The notes below the pieces were generated by a model. That model was not told the origin of the DNA, searched no databases, and was given only the letters and a program-made list of their open reading frames with translations. From the IMG/VR virus record IMGVR_UViG_3300044712_000557, positions 29,163-93,162 of that record: a stretch of 64,000 nucleotides of DNA. One strand, 5' to 3'. Below, one piece after another: positions 43,309-52,446 of this stretch (its first letter is position 1; each line of letters begins with the position of its first letter). This stretch comes from a virus. A program made the translations under genes and the position numbers.

Positions 43309-44366
43309 TAGAACCACTCAGAGCAAACCACAGGCTCCAACGTGGAGCACAACCTGCAGCCACCACTGCCCGCGAACTGCATCGGATTACCAGTTGGCAT
43401 AGAGCATGAGGCACCATTACGAGACTCTACTCTTGTCGTGCCATACAGATAGCGTTCCCTGCATTCTCTGTCAGCATTAGCCTCTGGCCCTAACTCGCAA
43501 TTCAAGTCTCGCTTCCCAAAGACTGCCTCGCAGAAGTCTGGCTGTCCCTGGACCTTCGGCGTGCAGTCCTTGATATCTGCCGCCGCCCCTCCCCATGGCT
43601 TACACGTTAGGAACCAATGCGGGGACTGGTCAACTTCATAGACTCGCAATGGCATTGGAGGCTTGCACTCAGTAGAGGCCACGGGAGCCCTCCATACCGA
43701 CTCGGTCTTGATGGGAGACTGAATTCTGAACCCGCCATACTCTACTAGATGATAGGCCTCGACTTCGTCTCCATTCCTAACCCCAAGCTTGTCCCCGCGC
43801 TCTCCATCATTACGAATCTGGCCGCCGCAGATTGACCTACGGGCTAGAACCTCTCCCAGCCCATCATATAGCGCATCAACGGCTGCCGGCGTGTGCGTAG
43901 AAAGGCGATTCCCGTCCTCCTCAAATGCCTCTGGGTGTTCGCTGCGGTAAACATCCAGAGCCCACTGCACCCTCCATGACATGACTCCGGTGGTCGCAGA
44001 TGGGATCCAGCCCGCTTGGTCGGGTAGACAAAGTACTGGAGGTGGCGGCTTAGGAAGGCATACGGCTCCGGTAGATTCCTGCTTGCACCCATATGGGCAA
44101 GCCAGCTCATCGCAAGTCGTCGGGCACTTGCCATCGATTGGAGGCAGGCCATCCGCGCAAGTAGTCTGCGGCATCGTAGTGGTTGTCGTAGTCGTTGTGG
44201 TACACGTCTTCTCTGCCTCAGCCTTGGCCTGCTTACACTCCGTAGAGTCTACTCCCATGGCCGCGCAGGCGGCTGCGGCTGCGGATTGCATCTTCTCGCA
44301 GTCATTGCAGCCTTTTGCCCCCATAAACAAGACGCCAAGCAAAATGAACGACAGCAGCTTCTTCAT
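43308..44366 (-). CDS. Cys-rich lipoprotein
   Basis: MKKLLSFILLGVLFMGAKG-C signal and lipobox; poly-Thr linker. Confidence 0.7.
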   Translation of the reverse strand: MKKLLSFILLGVLFMGAKGCNDCEKMQSAAAAACAAMGVDSTECKQAKAEAEKTCTTTTTTTTTMPQTTCADGLPPIDGKCPTTCDELACPYGCKQESTGAVCLPKPPPPVLCLPDQAGWIPSATTGVMSWRVQWALDVYRSEHPEAFEEDGNRLSTHTPAAVDALYDGLGEVLARRSICGGQIRNDGERGDKLGVRNGDEVEAYHLVEYGGFRIQSPIKTESVWRAPVASTECKPPMPLRVYEVDQSPHWFLTCKPWGGAAADIKDCTPKVQGQPDFCEAVFGKRDLNCELGPEANADRECRERYLYGTTRVESRNGASCSMPTGNPMQFAGSGGCRLCSTLEPVVCSEWF

Positions 44367-44800
44367 AGCACTCCACTCTCTATGGCCTTGGCCATCCTCT
44401 CGGCCCTTCCTGGGGTCTGCTGCGCCCATAGGGAGCCTCGAATCCCCTGAGCCGCCTTGGCGTAATCTCCAGCGCGTAGGGCAGCTAGAGTGTTCTTGAA
44501 CTTCAGTACGCCATCTACACCCATCTGGAAGGCCATGGCCAGTACAACCGTCTGCCTTACTTGGTCAATCCCAGATATCCATGGCAGCTCCTTCTCTAGC
44601 TCCTGTCGCTTGGCCTTGATATCGTCGCGCAGAATGGAAAGAGCTTGCTCCTTAGTGATCCCTCCACCCTTGCGCTTATCGATCAGCTTTCCATAGCCAA
44701 TCGTCCAGTACCCATACTGATCCTGGTAGGCACTGGGCTCAAAGCCCTCTTCTCTCTTGAGTAGATCTTCAATGTCCATACTTCTCTTAGGATAGCCCAC
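44363..44800 (-). CDS. endolysin, T4-type lysozyme (GH24)
   Basis: REEG..AYQD..GYWTIGYG..MAFQMG..SLWAQQTPGRA. Confidence 0.92.
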   Translation of the reverse strand: MGYPKRSMDIEDLLKREEGFEPSAYQDQYGYWTIGYGKLIDKRKGGGITKEQALSILRDDIKAKRQELEKELPWISGIDQVRQTVVLAMAFQMGVDGVLKFKNTLAALRAGDYAKAAQGIRGSLWAQQTPGRAERMAKAIESGVL

Positions 44801-45020
44801 TGAAGCTCACCTTCTTGGCGTATGGAACCTGATCTACGAGCCATACCTTTTCGAAGACCTTTCCCTCGTCATCCCCGCGAGGAACGATCTCGCGCTTCTG
44901 GTCGGGGTGATCATCAACATTGAAGCGTACAAGATCAAAAGGCAGACGCCTATACGTGCCGTCTGCCTCTCTCAGGAAGATCGCCGTGTACCGATTCCCT
45001 GACTGTTCGTAGTTGCTCAC
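44787..45020 (-). CDS. hypothetical protein
   Basis: Coupled ORF. Confidence 0.5.
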   Translation of the reverse strand: MSNYEQSGNRYTAIFLREADGTYRRLPFDLVRFNVDDHPDQKREIVPRGDDEGKVFEKVWLVDQVPYAKKVSFSGLS

Positions 45021-45364
45021 TGCGTCACCTTGTTAGACGCTAGTAGCAACGATAGGTCGTAGATCCTCCAGTGGCCTCTAACCTGTGCCCATGGGGCAAT
45101 GACTCGCGCCATGATCACCTTGAAGGCGTACATGGCTACTCTCGGGTAGAACCACTGCCACCACTGAGGACGCGTCGGCGCGTAACGCAGGCTGGTGCAA
45201 TGAATGAAGAATGGCTCATCTTCACTACGCTTCGACATCTCAGCCATGCGTTCGCGCTCATACTGCTGCGTAAAGAGATATCCGCACTTATAGCAGTAGT
45301 AGAAGTCGTGTCGCTGAAGACTGGGATCCAGCCTATAGAACTCAAGAACCTTACTTTGATGCAT
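45017..45364 (-). CDS. hypothetical protein with CxxC
   Basis: Coupled ORF. Confidence 0.5.
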   Translation of the reverse strand: MHQSKVLEFYRLDPSLQRHDFYYCYKCGYLFTQQYERERMAEMSKRSEDEPFFIHCTSLRYAPTRPQWWQWFYPRVAMYAFKVIMARVIAPWAQVRGHWRIYDLSLLLASNKVTQ

Positions 45365-46082
45365 TCACAAAACCCCACTTATGGAATACGTCATTCGCCC
45401 CAAGCTGTACCTGTGGGGCCTTTCTCTTGTCTGGATAGATCACCTCTACGTCTCCAAGGTGACCAACGATAGCCGATGTGTTGACGTAAAGCTGAAACTC
45501 TGGATGTCCCAGTAGCATGACCTGACGACAGAACGATAAATCCTCTCCGTATCCAGCACTGCTCCTGTCGTCTGGAAACCACCCGCGATCTGGATCGAAG
45601 TTCTTGCTATTGGCTACGGCCTCGATCAGGCGCCTACTCGTGTAGACAAAGCCAAATCCACATCCGTCGCATGGAGCATACGAATTGGCCGGGTACGTTG
45701 CCGAAGCTCGGAAGCTCTGCCTATTGTTGCTCCACGAATAGAAGCAAGCATCGTATGGCCAGTTGCGCTGGTGGTAAACACCGGTCACAAACTCGCTATT
45801 GAAGTCTTCGACCGACTTCAGGAGAGTAGGCATGTCATGGATTGTCTGTCGGATGTCAGAATCGACCCACATGATTCCGTTGGCCTTGCTCTCCAGGAGA
45901 AACTGAGCAGAGCTGTTTCTGGCATCACTGTAGTTGGAGCGATCGGTTGACGCGTCCCCCATGAATACTACGCCACACGTAGCAGCGGCCATTATGCCCA
46001 CGCGAAGCTCCTGGGCACACCTTGGGTCTACTGGACCATAGGTTGGTACCGCCGTAATCAACTTCATCTCCTCCATCTTCAT
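45351..46082 (-). CDS. glycosyltransferase, GT-A fold
   Basis: ARN..MWVDSDI (DxD), GCGFGFV, GEDLSFC, VGH. Confidence 0.82.
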   Translation of the reverse strand: MKMEEMKLITAVPTYGPVDPRCAQELRVGIMAAATCGVVFMGDASTDRSNYSDARNSSAQFLLESKANGIMWVDSDIRQTIHDMPTLLKSVEDFNSEFVTGVYHQRNWPYDACFYSWSNNRQSFRASATYPANSYAPCDGCGFGFVYTSRRLIEAVANSKNFDPDRGWFPDDRSSAGYGEDLSFCRQVMLLGHPEFQLYVNTSAIVGHLGDVEVIYPDKRKAPQVQLGANDVFHKWGFVNASK

Positions 46083-46828
46083 GACCGTAACCTCTGTCGC
46101 AAGATTTCAAGTTGCTCAACTGTCCTATTGAGCAAGCTCTGATTGGCAAATGGGTGACTCAAGATCCCAGGCTTTTGTGCAATCTCAGCCATAGACTGGA
46201 TCTCAACGAAGCTTGGTTGGTACTGCCTTCCTATGCTTTCGCACCAATCGAGCCACTTGAATAAATGTCCGTGCTGAGCATATACGGGAACCCAGGGAGT
46301 TCGAAAGGCATCGGCCACTACTGCTCCATGTAGCGCTTCCGTTAGCACCTTGGAGGCACATAGGATCTCATCAAGAATCTTACGAACTGGCCAGCGAGGA
46401 TCTACGAGCTTGATGCCTGCCTCACGCATCTTGTGCGGCAAATCTATGTCAGCCTCTATGGTCGTCCAATGAGGAATGAAGATCACGTTTGGCTCACAGC
46501 TAATCGTCTTCGTCAACGGCAGGGTCTGAACCAAGATACCAGGGTCAGTAATCCACGGGACTCCCCCAAGGAGGCCGGACGAGTGAGGCCCGCGAACGAA
46601 CATGACCTCTACACCGTCCATCTTCGGGATCTCACCGTACCCAACCCCAGATCCGAAGACGATTAGCGGCCTCTCTTCCGGTAGGGGCTCCTTGAGCAGC
46701 GTCCCAATCCCGAATAGCAACCCTGGGCGCTCGCTAAAATAGCGAGACAGCCCCAACTCTTGCCAGAGATAGAGGTTCAGCTCATCTCCAAAATTGGTTG
46801 AAGCGCCACGATAGATAAACGGTTTCAT
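46079..46828 (-). CDS. polysaccharide pyruvyl transferase (ExoV-like)
   Basis: NFGDELN, GIGTLL, FGSGVGY, VRGP, DPGIL, FIPH, ALHGAVVADAFRTPW. Confidence 0.88.
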   Translation of the reverse strand: MKPFIYRGASTNFGDELNLYLWQELGLSRYFSERPGLLFGIGTLLKEPLPEERPLIVFGSGVGYGEIPKMDGVEVMFVRGPHSSGLLGGVPWITDPGILVQTLPLTKTISCEPNVIFIPHWTTIEADIDLPHKMREAGIKLVDPRWPVRKILDEILCASKVLTEALHGAVVADAFRTPWVPVYAQHGHLFKWLDWCESIGRQYQPSFVEIQSMAEIAQKPGILSHPFANQSLLNRTVEQLEILRQRLRS

Positions 46829-47514
46829 GCGATTCCAAAGGGCAAGGTCGCGCCCCCGTTAAGGTGAAGGAAGATCGGCCACGACTTCGTCACCGTGTTG
46901 TATAGCCTGCGCTTCTTAATTACGACCTCATTCGTCCCTATCCCGATGTGGATCTGATTCAGCTCGCACTTGGTATCGATCCTAAGACCAAGCTCGGACG
47001 GCCCGTCTAGGAAAAGGCGAGTCCAGAAGCGCTCTGGAACCTCCCCGGTTGGCTCGGATACCAGGGCCGAGTCGCCCTTGATTGGGAACCTCTCCATCCC
47101 CCACTCGATCGCCTTGGCGATATCCTTCCCTAGGCCCGCGAGGGGGCTATTATTGATGTACTGCCAAGGAGAGGCCTCAGGGCCTCTTTTGGCGAAGTAG
47201 TCGGCCCTGCGGTCGTCCGGCCAGCAGTTCTTCGCTCCTGCGAGCGTTACGTGGCCCACAAGGGCATCCTTGGCGTGTTGCTGAAGCTCCTTTTTGGTCC
47301 CCAGGAGCACCTGATCCCAGGAGTCAATTACGAGCAGCAACCTGTCAGGGAAAAGCAGCCCAGCCTCTCTGGTGGCGATCAATTGTGAAAGCCATGAGAA
47401 AGACTTCAGCGGCATGTCGAAGCGCTCAATTCCGGCTTCTTTGAGCTGGTGTTCTAGGTAGGTCTGATAGCCAGCTTTGTGGCTATAGATAAGCACCACA
47501 AGGGGATCGATCAT
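46825..47514 (-). CDS. PLOD/procollagen-type glycosyltransferase domain protein
   Basis: IDSWD, GAKNCWPD, YINN..AG, IDTKCEL.Q, PIFLHLNG. Confidence 0.72.
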   Translation of the reverse strand: MIDPLVVLIYSHKAGYQTYLEHQLKEAGIERFDMPLKSFSWLSQLIATREAGLLFPDRLLLVIDSWDQVLLGTKKELQQHAKDALVGHVTLAGAKNCWPDDRRADYFAKRGPEASPWQYINNSPLAGLGKDIAKAIEWGMERFPIKGDSALVSEPTGEVPERFWTRLFLDGPSELGLRIDTKCELNQIHIGIGTNEVVIKKRRLYNTVTKSWPIFLHLNGGATLPFGIA

Positions 47515-47528
47515 AGGGGTCCATTATA
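47515..47528 (-). promoter_or_regulatory. -10 box TATAAT, probably a near-leaderless promoter for the glycosylation genes
   Basis: TATAAT 8 nt upstream of the ATG; no SD. Confidence 0.5.
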
Positions 47529-47540
47529 GCGCACCCCAAA

Positions 47541-47578
47541 AATGAAAAGCCCCGAGAGGCAATGCCTCCCAGGGCTTA
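47541..47578 (-). terminator. intrinsic terminator after the capsid genes
   Basis: AAGCCCTGGGAGGC-ATT-GCCTCTCGGGGCTT then TTCATTTTT. Confidence 0.7.
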
Positions 47579-47604
47579 AGTGCTCGTTTACAGAGCACGG
47601 ATTC

Positions 47605-48033
47605 CTATAGGGCGCGGATGAAGACCTTCTTCGCTGCAGACGCCGGGGTCGTACCCGTTGCGAATGCCTCTGCCGCGTAGACGAATCCGCTCACTCCACC
47701 GGTTCCGTCTGCCGCACGGGCCAGATACTTGCCGGTCGAGGTGATCAGAACGTCTCCTGCTACGATTGCGGTGTTAGTCGTGTTGGTTACCTTCGCGTAG
47801 CTGTTGTATCCACCAACCTGTACCTTGCCGTACTGGCTGTCTGCGATAGCCTCGGCGACAATTCCCTTGAACAGGCTGAGGGTATTTGCCGCAGGAGCAG
47901 TAACGCGTACGCCATCCGGGGTCGCAGTGTCCCACGAAACCGAGTCGCCCGCTGCGAGGGCTCCACCGGAAACGTTGCGGACTACGGAGAAGAGAGAGTC
48001 GTCGTCTTCACGCTGGAATGCGCTGAAAATCAT
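47605..48033 (-). CDS. capsid cement/decoration protein
   Basis: VRNVSGGALAAGD..GIV.EAIA..YG.VQV.G; follows MCP. Confidence 0.7.
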   Translation of the reverse strand: MIFSAFQREDDDSLFSVVRNVSGGALAAGDSVSWDTATPDGVRVTAPAANTLSLFKGIVAEAIADSQYGKVQVGGYNSYAKVTNTTNTAIVAGDVLITSTGKYLARAADGTGGVSGFVYAAEAFATGTTPASAAKKVFIRAL

Positions 48034-48130
48034 GGTATGTCTCCTTGCTAAGACTCAGTCGCCCTATGCGGCCTATCTCAGCGTCAGTCAGCAGGGGGGC
48101 TCAGCACTATTGCCTACCCCCCTGATTCGA

Positions 48131-49195
48131 TTACGAGGTCACGTCGTTCTTGAATCCACCCAGAACGCCGTGCTTGTCGCGGCGGCTCATCCAGTGGCAA
48201 CCGTACCACTGAATGATCGAGGACTCGCCGGCTCCGTTAGGAGCACGCACGAACTCGCCAGGGGTGAAGTCCGCACCGCTGTACACGGTTACTCCCATGT
48301 ACTTGGTGTTTGCCGCGAACAGCGTCGAGTACAGACCATCACTGATGGTCGTGCTGCCAGCCTTCACGTCAGGAACGAACTGGTCGAAGACGAGCGGGCT
48401 GCCGTTCAGGCGGATAGCCTTCCACGGGAAGCCAACCTCTTCGTAGTCCACAAAGCGGAGTAGTGCGCGAAGAGCAGCCGAGATCTGCTCGTAGCCCTTA
48501 AGGTCAGCTACGAAGAGGTCGGGGCCTGGGCCTGCGCTCTGGGAGCACAGATTGATGAGGTGGTCGATCTCCTTGAGGATGCCCGCAAAGGTCGTTGCCG
48601 CGCCAGTGATCGTCTGGTTCTTCCACCACGTATTGACCGCTGGGTCGATGCTTCCAACCGAACCGGTCGACGGAGCGTACTTGATCATGAGAGGGATCGG
48701 CTCGATGAAGGTGCTGCCGTTCACTGCGCTGGTACGAGCGGTCGTAATGGAAGCGCCGTCAGTTGCGCCCTGTCCCTGCATCAGCCAGCGGCCGAAGCGG
48801 TCCTCAAGACCAGACATAGCCTGCTCAGTCTTGCTCTTGAGTAGGTCGAGAGCCGCGCCCTTGTTCTGTGCGCGCTCGAAATCTCCGATGGTCACGCTGG
48901 ATGCCATACGAGCCCAGTCGAAGAACGCAGGAGTCTGACCGTCAGTCGGCGTGATGTCGACCTGTCCAACACCGTTTGCGCCGAAGGTGTCGACCGGGGC
49001 GAATTCATACATGAGAGGAACGCGGTAGCGATCCCCAAGCTGCGAAACCGTCTTCCAGTTTCCGCTCTTCTTGTACTTGAAGTAGAACGGATTCGCGGTC
49101 GTGATCTGGTTCTGGATCACTGGGCGAATCTTGTCCAGTAGGGCCGTGAGGCGCGCGTTGTACGTGCGGCTCGTTGTGACCGGAACTCCAGCCAT
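48131..49195 (-). CDS. major capsid protein
   Basis: 354 aa from the ATG with GGAG RBS; HK97-like pattern; between scaffold and cement genes. Confidence 0.85.
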   Translation of the reverse strand: MAGVPVTTSRTYNARLTALLDKIRPVIQNQITTANPFYFKYKKSGNWKTVSQLGDRYRVPLMYEFAPVDTFGANGVGQVDITPTDGQTPAFFDWARMASSVTIGDFERAQNKGAALDLLKSKTEQAMSGLEDRFGRWLMQGQGATDGASITTARTSAVNGSTFIEPIPLMIKYAPSTGSVGSIDPAVNTWWKNQTITGAATTFAGILKEIDHLINLCSQSAGPGPDLFVADLKGYEQISAALRALLRFVDYEEVGFPWKAIRLNGSPLVFDQFVPDVKAGSTTISDGLYSTLFAANTKYMGVTVYSGADFTPGEFVRAPNGAGESSIIQWYGCHWMSRRDKHGVLGGFKNDVTS

Positions 49196-49199
49196 AGTT

Positions 49200-49458
49200 T
49201 TCGTCTCCAAGATGGACTTTCGTCCATCAATTAAGTAGTTGCTACAGGTATCAGTGAGCCATCTGCCTTGGGCTTCCTGTGGCAGCCAATGCAGAGGAAG
49301 GCTATGCGCCTTATTGGCCTCGCTGCGTGTCGTCCTGCGAGCTGGCTACTTGGCTGTGTCCGTCTGACTGTATTGTGGGCAGTGTCTTTGTGTCGCCCTA
49401 TCAGCCAGCTACTGTGTCGCCTTCGCTGTCGCGGGACCGTGCATCACGAACCCGTAAC
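49200..49458 (-). promoter_or_regulatory. long structured 5' leader of the capsid gene with GACAC repeats
   Basis: Five GACAC plus one GACAG; multiple stems; GATGGAC-GAAA-GTCCATC hairpin beside the RBS. Confidence 0.55.
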
Positions 49459-49461
49459 TAC

Positions 49462-49492
49462 AGAGTACTACACGAACATATAGAGATGTCAA
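49462..49492 (-). promoter_or_regulatory. sigma70-type promoter for the capsid operon
   Basis: TTGACA followed by TAGTACTCT. Confidence 0.55.
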
Positions 49493-49506
49493 GCTTCTCA
49501 CTCAAA

Positions 49507-49535
49507 ATGAAAAAGGCCACCCGCTAGGGTGGCCC
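49507..49535 (-). terminator. intrinsic terminator after the scaffold gene
   Basis: GGCCACCC-TAGC-GGGTGGCC-TTTTTCATTTT. Confidence 0.8.
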
Positions 49536-49553
49536 ATTGAAAGGGAGAACTAC

Positions 49554-50591
49554 TTAGCGCTCGTTCTCCATTTCCTCCATGGCGATGTCTAGGGCCTCGC
49601 TGATGTTCTTAGCCTCAGCAACACGCGAAACCTTCTTGACTGATCCACCACGGCCGGAAACGCCCGTAGGCTCCCTGTCACGACGGTTGGCCTCGATCTT
49701 GGTTACTAATTTCTTAGTAGCAGTCGTAGCCGCGCCACGAGACGCAGCGCGAGCCCTACGAGCCATCACCACGTCATAGAGCGTGTCTAGATACTCACTA
49801 GGAGTCAGCTCGCCAGGAACGATCTTCCCCGACTGGCCAAGAGCTACGATCTCCCTCTCGACCTCAGGGGTAAGATCCTTGTGGCGAGCCTTGAACTGAG
49901 CCTCCTCGTTAGCCATCCTTGCCGCTTCCGCCTGCGAGGTTACCTGACCCAGTGTCTGTTCAAGGGGTGCTACGCGAGGGCCAATACGTGCCTCGGCCCA
50001 CTTGTCGAAGACTGCACGAACCTTCGGCCCAATCTGCGGGCCAAAGAGGGCTTCAAGCTCTACGCCTGGGTCAGAGGCTGCCGGGGCTGCGGCAGGGGCG
50101 GCTGGAGTTGCAGCGGCGGGCACTACGGTCAGCCCAACAGACTTGGCGATAGCCTCAGCTACGCCCTTGGGGTCACGACGATAGGCAATGCCAAGCTGTA
50201 CGAGCTGGTTATGCTCCTGAGTCTTCGCGGAATAGCCGCGCATGAGAGACTTGCGCAGCTTATTGAGGGCCGGATCAGCCTTGATGGCCTCGATCTCTTC
50301 TGCCGTTAGTGTGTCGAATACGTCAGGCTCTGCGTCGGCCTTCTGACCATCCGTCTTTTCGGCGTCAGGATCATCGCCTACGACATCTCCAGTATGATCA
50401 CGCTCCTGCTCGCCATCTTCGGACTCGGCTTCTTCCTCTTCGGGCTCTTCAGCTTCGTCTTCGTCCAGCAGTGTCCCTTCGGACTCCTCGGAAGACTCCT
50501 CTTGCGTCTCTTCCACGTCCTCAGTGAGATCTACGTCGTCTTCCGATACAGAGTTGATCGCATCGGCAATCGTCTTCGGCGTCTCTACCAC
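49554..50591 (-). CDS. capsid scaffolding protein
   Basis: Acidic N-terminus, RGYSAKTQE, helical; upstream of MCP. Confidence 0.75.
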   Translation of the reverse strand: MVETPKTIADAINSVSEDDVDLTEDVEETQEESSEESEGTLLDEDEAEEPEEEEAESEDGEQERDHTGDVVGDDPDAEKTDGQKADAEPDVFDTLTAEEIEAIKADPALNKLRKSLMRGYSAKTQEHNQLVQLGIAYRRDPKGVAEAIAKSVGLTVVPAAATPAAPAAAPAASDPGVELEALFGPQIGPKVRAVFDKWAEARIGPRVAPLEQTLGQVTSQAEAARMANEEAQFKARHKDLTPEVEREIVALGQSGKIVPGELTPSEYLDTLYDVVMARRARAASRGAATTATKKLVTKIEANRRDREPTGVSGRGGSVKKVSRVAEAKNISEALDIAMEEMENER

Positions 50592-50600
50592 AAGGCCTCC

Positions 50601-51659
50601 TTAAAAGTAGCTCGGCTTCTTGCGTGCCGGGCTACCGAACTGATTAGTCATCATACCAGCAAGGGGTGTGACGCCTGCTGGATTTGCGTATCCGAAATTG
50701 CGCTTAGTAGCTGGGCCTCCGACATGCGCGCCCCCAGAGCGAGAGGCAACATTTCCAGCCGTCACGCCACCAACCTGAGTAGGGGCACCAGCGGAAGGGT
50801 CTACGGCTGCGGCAGGGGCCGGGGCTGCGGCCACCGGCTCAGCATTCTTCTGGCTAGCGTCAAATCCTCCAAAGGTGTCCTTGTTTTGACCCCACCATAG
50901 TCCACCACCACTTAGGGACTGAGCCTGACGATCACTCTTCGTGGCGTCCAGATTAGCCCCAGCTCCACCTGGGCGCATATCGTTCCCTAGAGCGAAGATG
51001 TTGTTCTGATAGGTGCTTGGATCTTGCCCCGTGTTGAACTGCCCAATCAGCATGTCCTGTAGGGGATTGCCAGTCATAGTCAACTGGTTGCCATTCGTTA
51101 CTGGCTTAGCTGGATCGGCCTGACCCTGCCCTTCGGTTCCACCACTATTCGGACCCTTGGGTAGGTTCTCCTCCCCAGGTCCATTGGGAACACACTTGCC
51201 GGGAGTGCCTACGACATGCATCCCATCAGGGCAGTCGTCTGGCTTCTCGGCACACTGGCCATTCCTGCCCTTGTACGGGAAGTCTGGCGGGCAGCCCGGC
51301 ATACGATCCTTCTCCCAGGCGCGGTACTGGTTGACGGCGTTCTCTGCGCTCTGGCCCAGGGGGCCACCGTCACCCCAGATCGTTCCTTTGTCTCCACCCT
51401 GCGCCTGCCAGTCATGCTGCACGCCATACAAGGCATTACGCACGATTCCTGCCGCCTTGGATGGCTCCTCGCCATCAGCGATAAGGCGGTTGTACTCCTG
51501 CGTGGCCTTAGGGTCAGTAAAGGGAGAAGACTGCTGCGGTTGAGGAGCAGGCGCTCCACCACCAGACTGAGGAGACTGCTGCTGATCGACCATCCAGTTA
51601 GCGTATGATCCCCCTGGACGTCCTTGCGCCTTCCATTCCTCGTAACTGTCAACAGCCAT
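50601..51659 (-). CDS. Gly/Pro/Gln-rich hypothetical protein with Cys module
   Basis: GAGGAG RBS; CPPDFPYKGRNGQC..CPDG..C. Confidence 0.6.
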   Translation of the reverse strand: MAVDSYEEWKAQGRPGGSYANWMVDQQQSPQSGGGAPAPQPQQSSPFTDPKATQEYNRLIADGEEPSKAAGIVRNALYGVQHDWQAQGGDKGTIWGDGGPLGQSAENAVNQYRAWEKDRMPGCPPDFPYKGRNGQCAEKPDDCPDGMHVVGTPGKCVPNGPGEENLPKGPNSGGTEGQGQADPAKPVTNGNQLTMTGNPLQDMLIGQFNTGQDPSTYQNNIFALGNDMRPGGAGANLDATKSDRQAQSLSGGGLWWGQNKDTFGGFDASQKNAEPVAAAPAPAAAVDPSAGAPTQVGGVTAGNVASRSGGAHVGGPATKRNFGYANPAGVTPLAGMMTNQFGSPARKKPSYF

Positions 51660-51662
51660 GGG

Positions 51663-51959
51663 CTACTCCTCTTCGCCTTCAATGATGGCGTTACCTAGCA
51701 ACTTTAACCAGCGAGCCTTTTCTTTCCATCCCATCTTCTTCATTCTAACCTTGGTGTAATCGCGAACCATCTGCTCTGTCCAGTCTGGATGGTTTACGTG
51801 AGTGACCTCGTGAATAAGGGTGTCTAGGATAGCGCTGCTCCTTGGATCCAGCCTGACCGTACGGCCACTTGCTGTTCCGTGTAGATACCCACCAGATTCC
51901 CTAACAGCCTTGTCTCTCAGAAAAAGGGGCGCGAAGATGATACGAATAGCTGGCTTCAA
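51663..51959 (-). CDS. small zincin-like metallopeptidase
   Basis: DTLIHEVTH. Confidence 0.6.
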   Translation of the reverse strand: MKPAIRIIFAPLFLRDKAVRESGGYLHGTASGRTVRLDPRSSAILDTLIHEVTHVNHPDWTEQMVRDYTKVRMKKMGWKEKARWLKLLGNAIIEGEEE

Positions 51960-51969
51960 TCATAAGCTC

Positions 51970-52446
51970 CTACTGTGCTACCTCTGACCATGCGTGGCTA
52001 AATGATTCTGCCTGAGGCCCGTATCCGATAGCCCGCTCGTAGATCTTGTTGGTATGCTTCATCCTGTACAAGACGGCATAACCCCTTCCTCCTGGACCAT
52101 CATAGCTGGTGACAGCCATACACACAGGAGCCTGAGCCCCTAAAGTGATCCCTCTATCGGCGAAGCGATGATTTCCCTGGGCAACACCACACTGGTCTTT
52201 TCTCCCGGCATCAGCTTGAGCGTTGTTGCACGAGTTTGGGTTGGCGGTATTGTTACATGGAGTGTCACACGACCAAGCCGTGGCGCAGTCCTCGCCTGCA
52301 GCAAGGCATGAGGCCATTGCTGTATCGATAGCGGACTGCTTGGTCGCCACCCAAGCATCAGCCTCTCCCTGAGCGGCCACTAACGTCAAAGCCAATAGTG
52401 GAGGCGCCAGAAGTAGCGACACTAACAGCAGTAATGCCTTCTTCAT
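51970..52446 (-). CDS. secreted Cys-rich protein
   Basis: Likely start MKKALLLLVSLLLA (signal peptide). Confidence 0.6.
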   Translation of the reverse strand: MKKALLLLVSLLLAPPLLALTLVAAQGEADAWVATKQSAIDTAMASCLAAGEDCATAWSCDTPCNNTANPNSCNNAQADAGRKDQCGVAQGNHRFADRGITLGAQAPVCMAVTSYDGPGGRGYAVLYRMKHTNKIYERAIGYGPQAESFSHAWSEVAQ

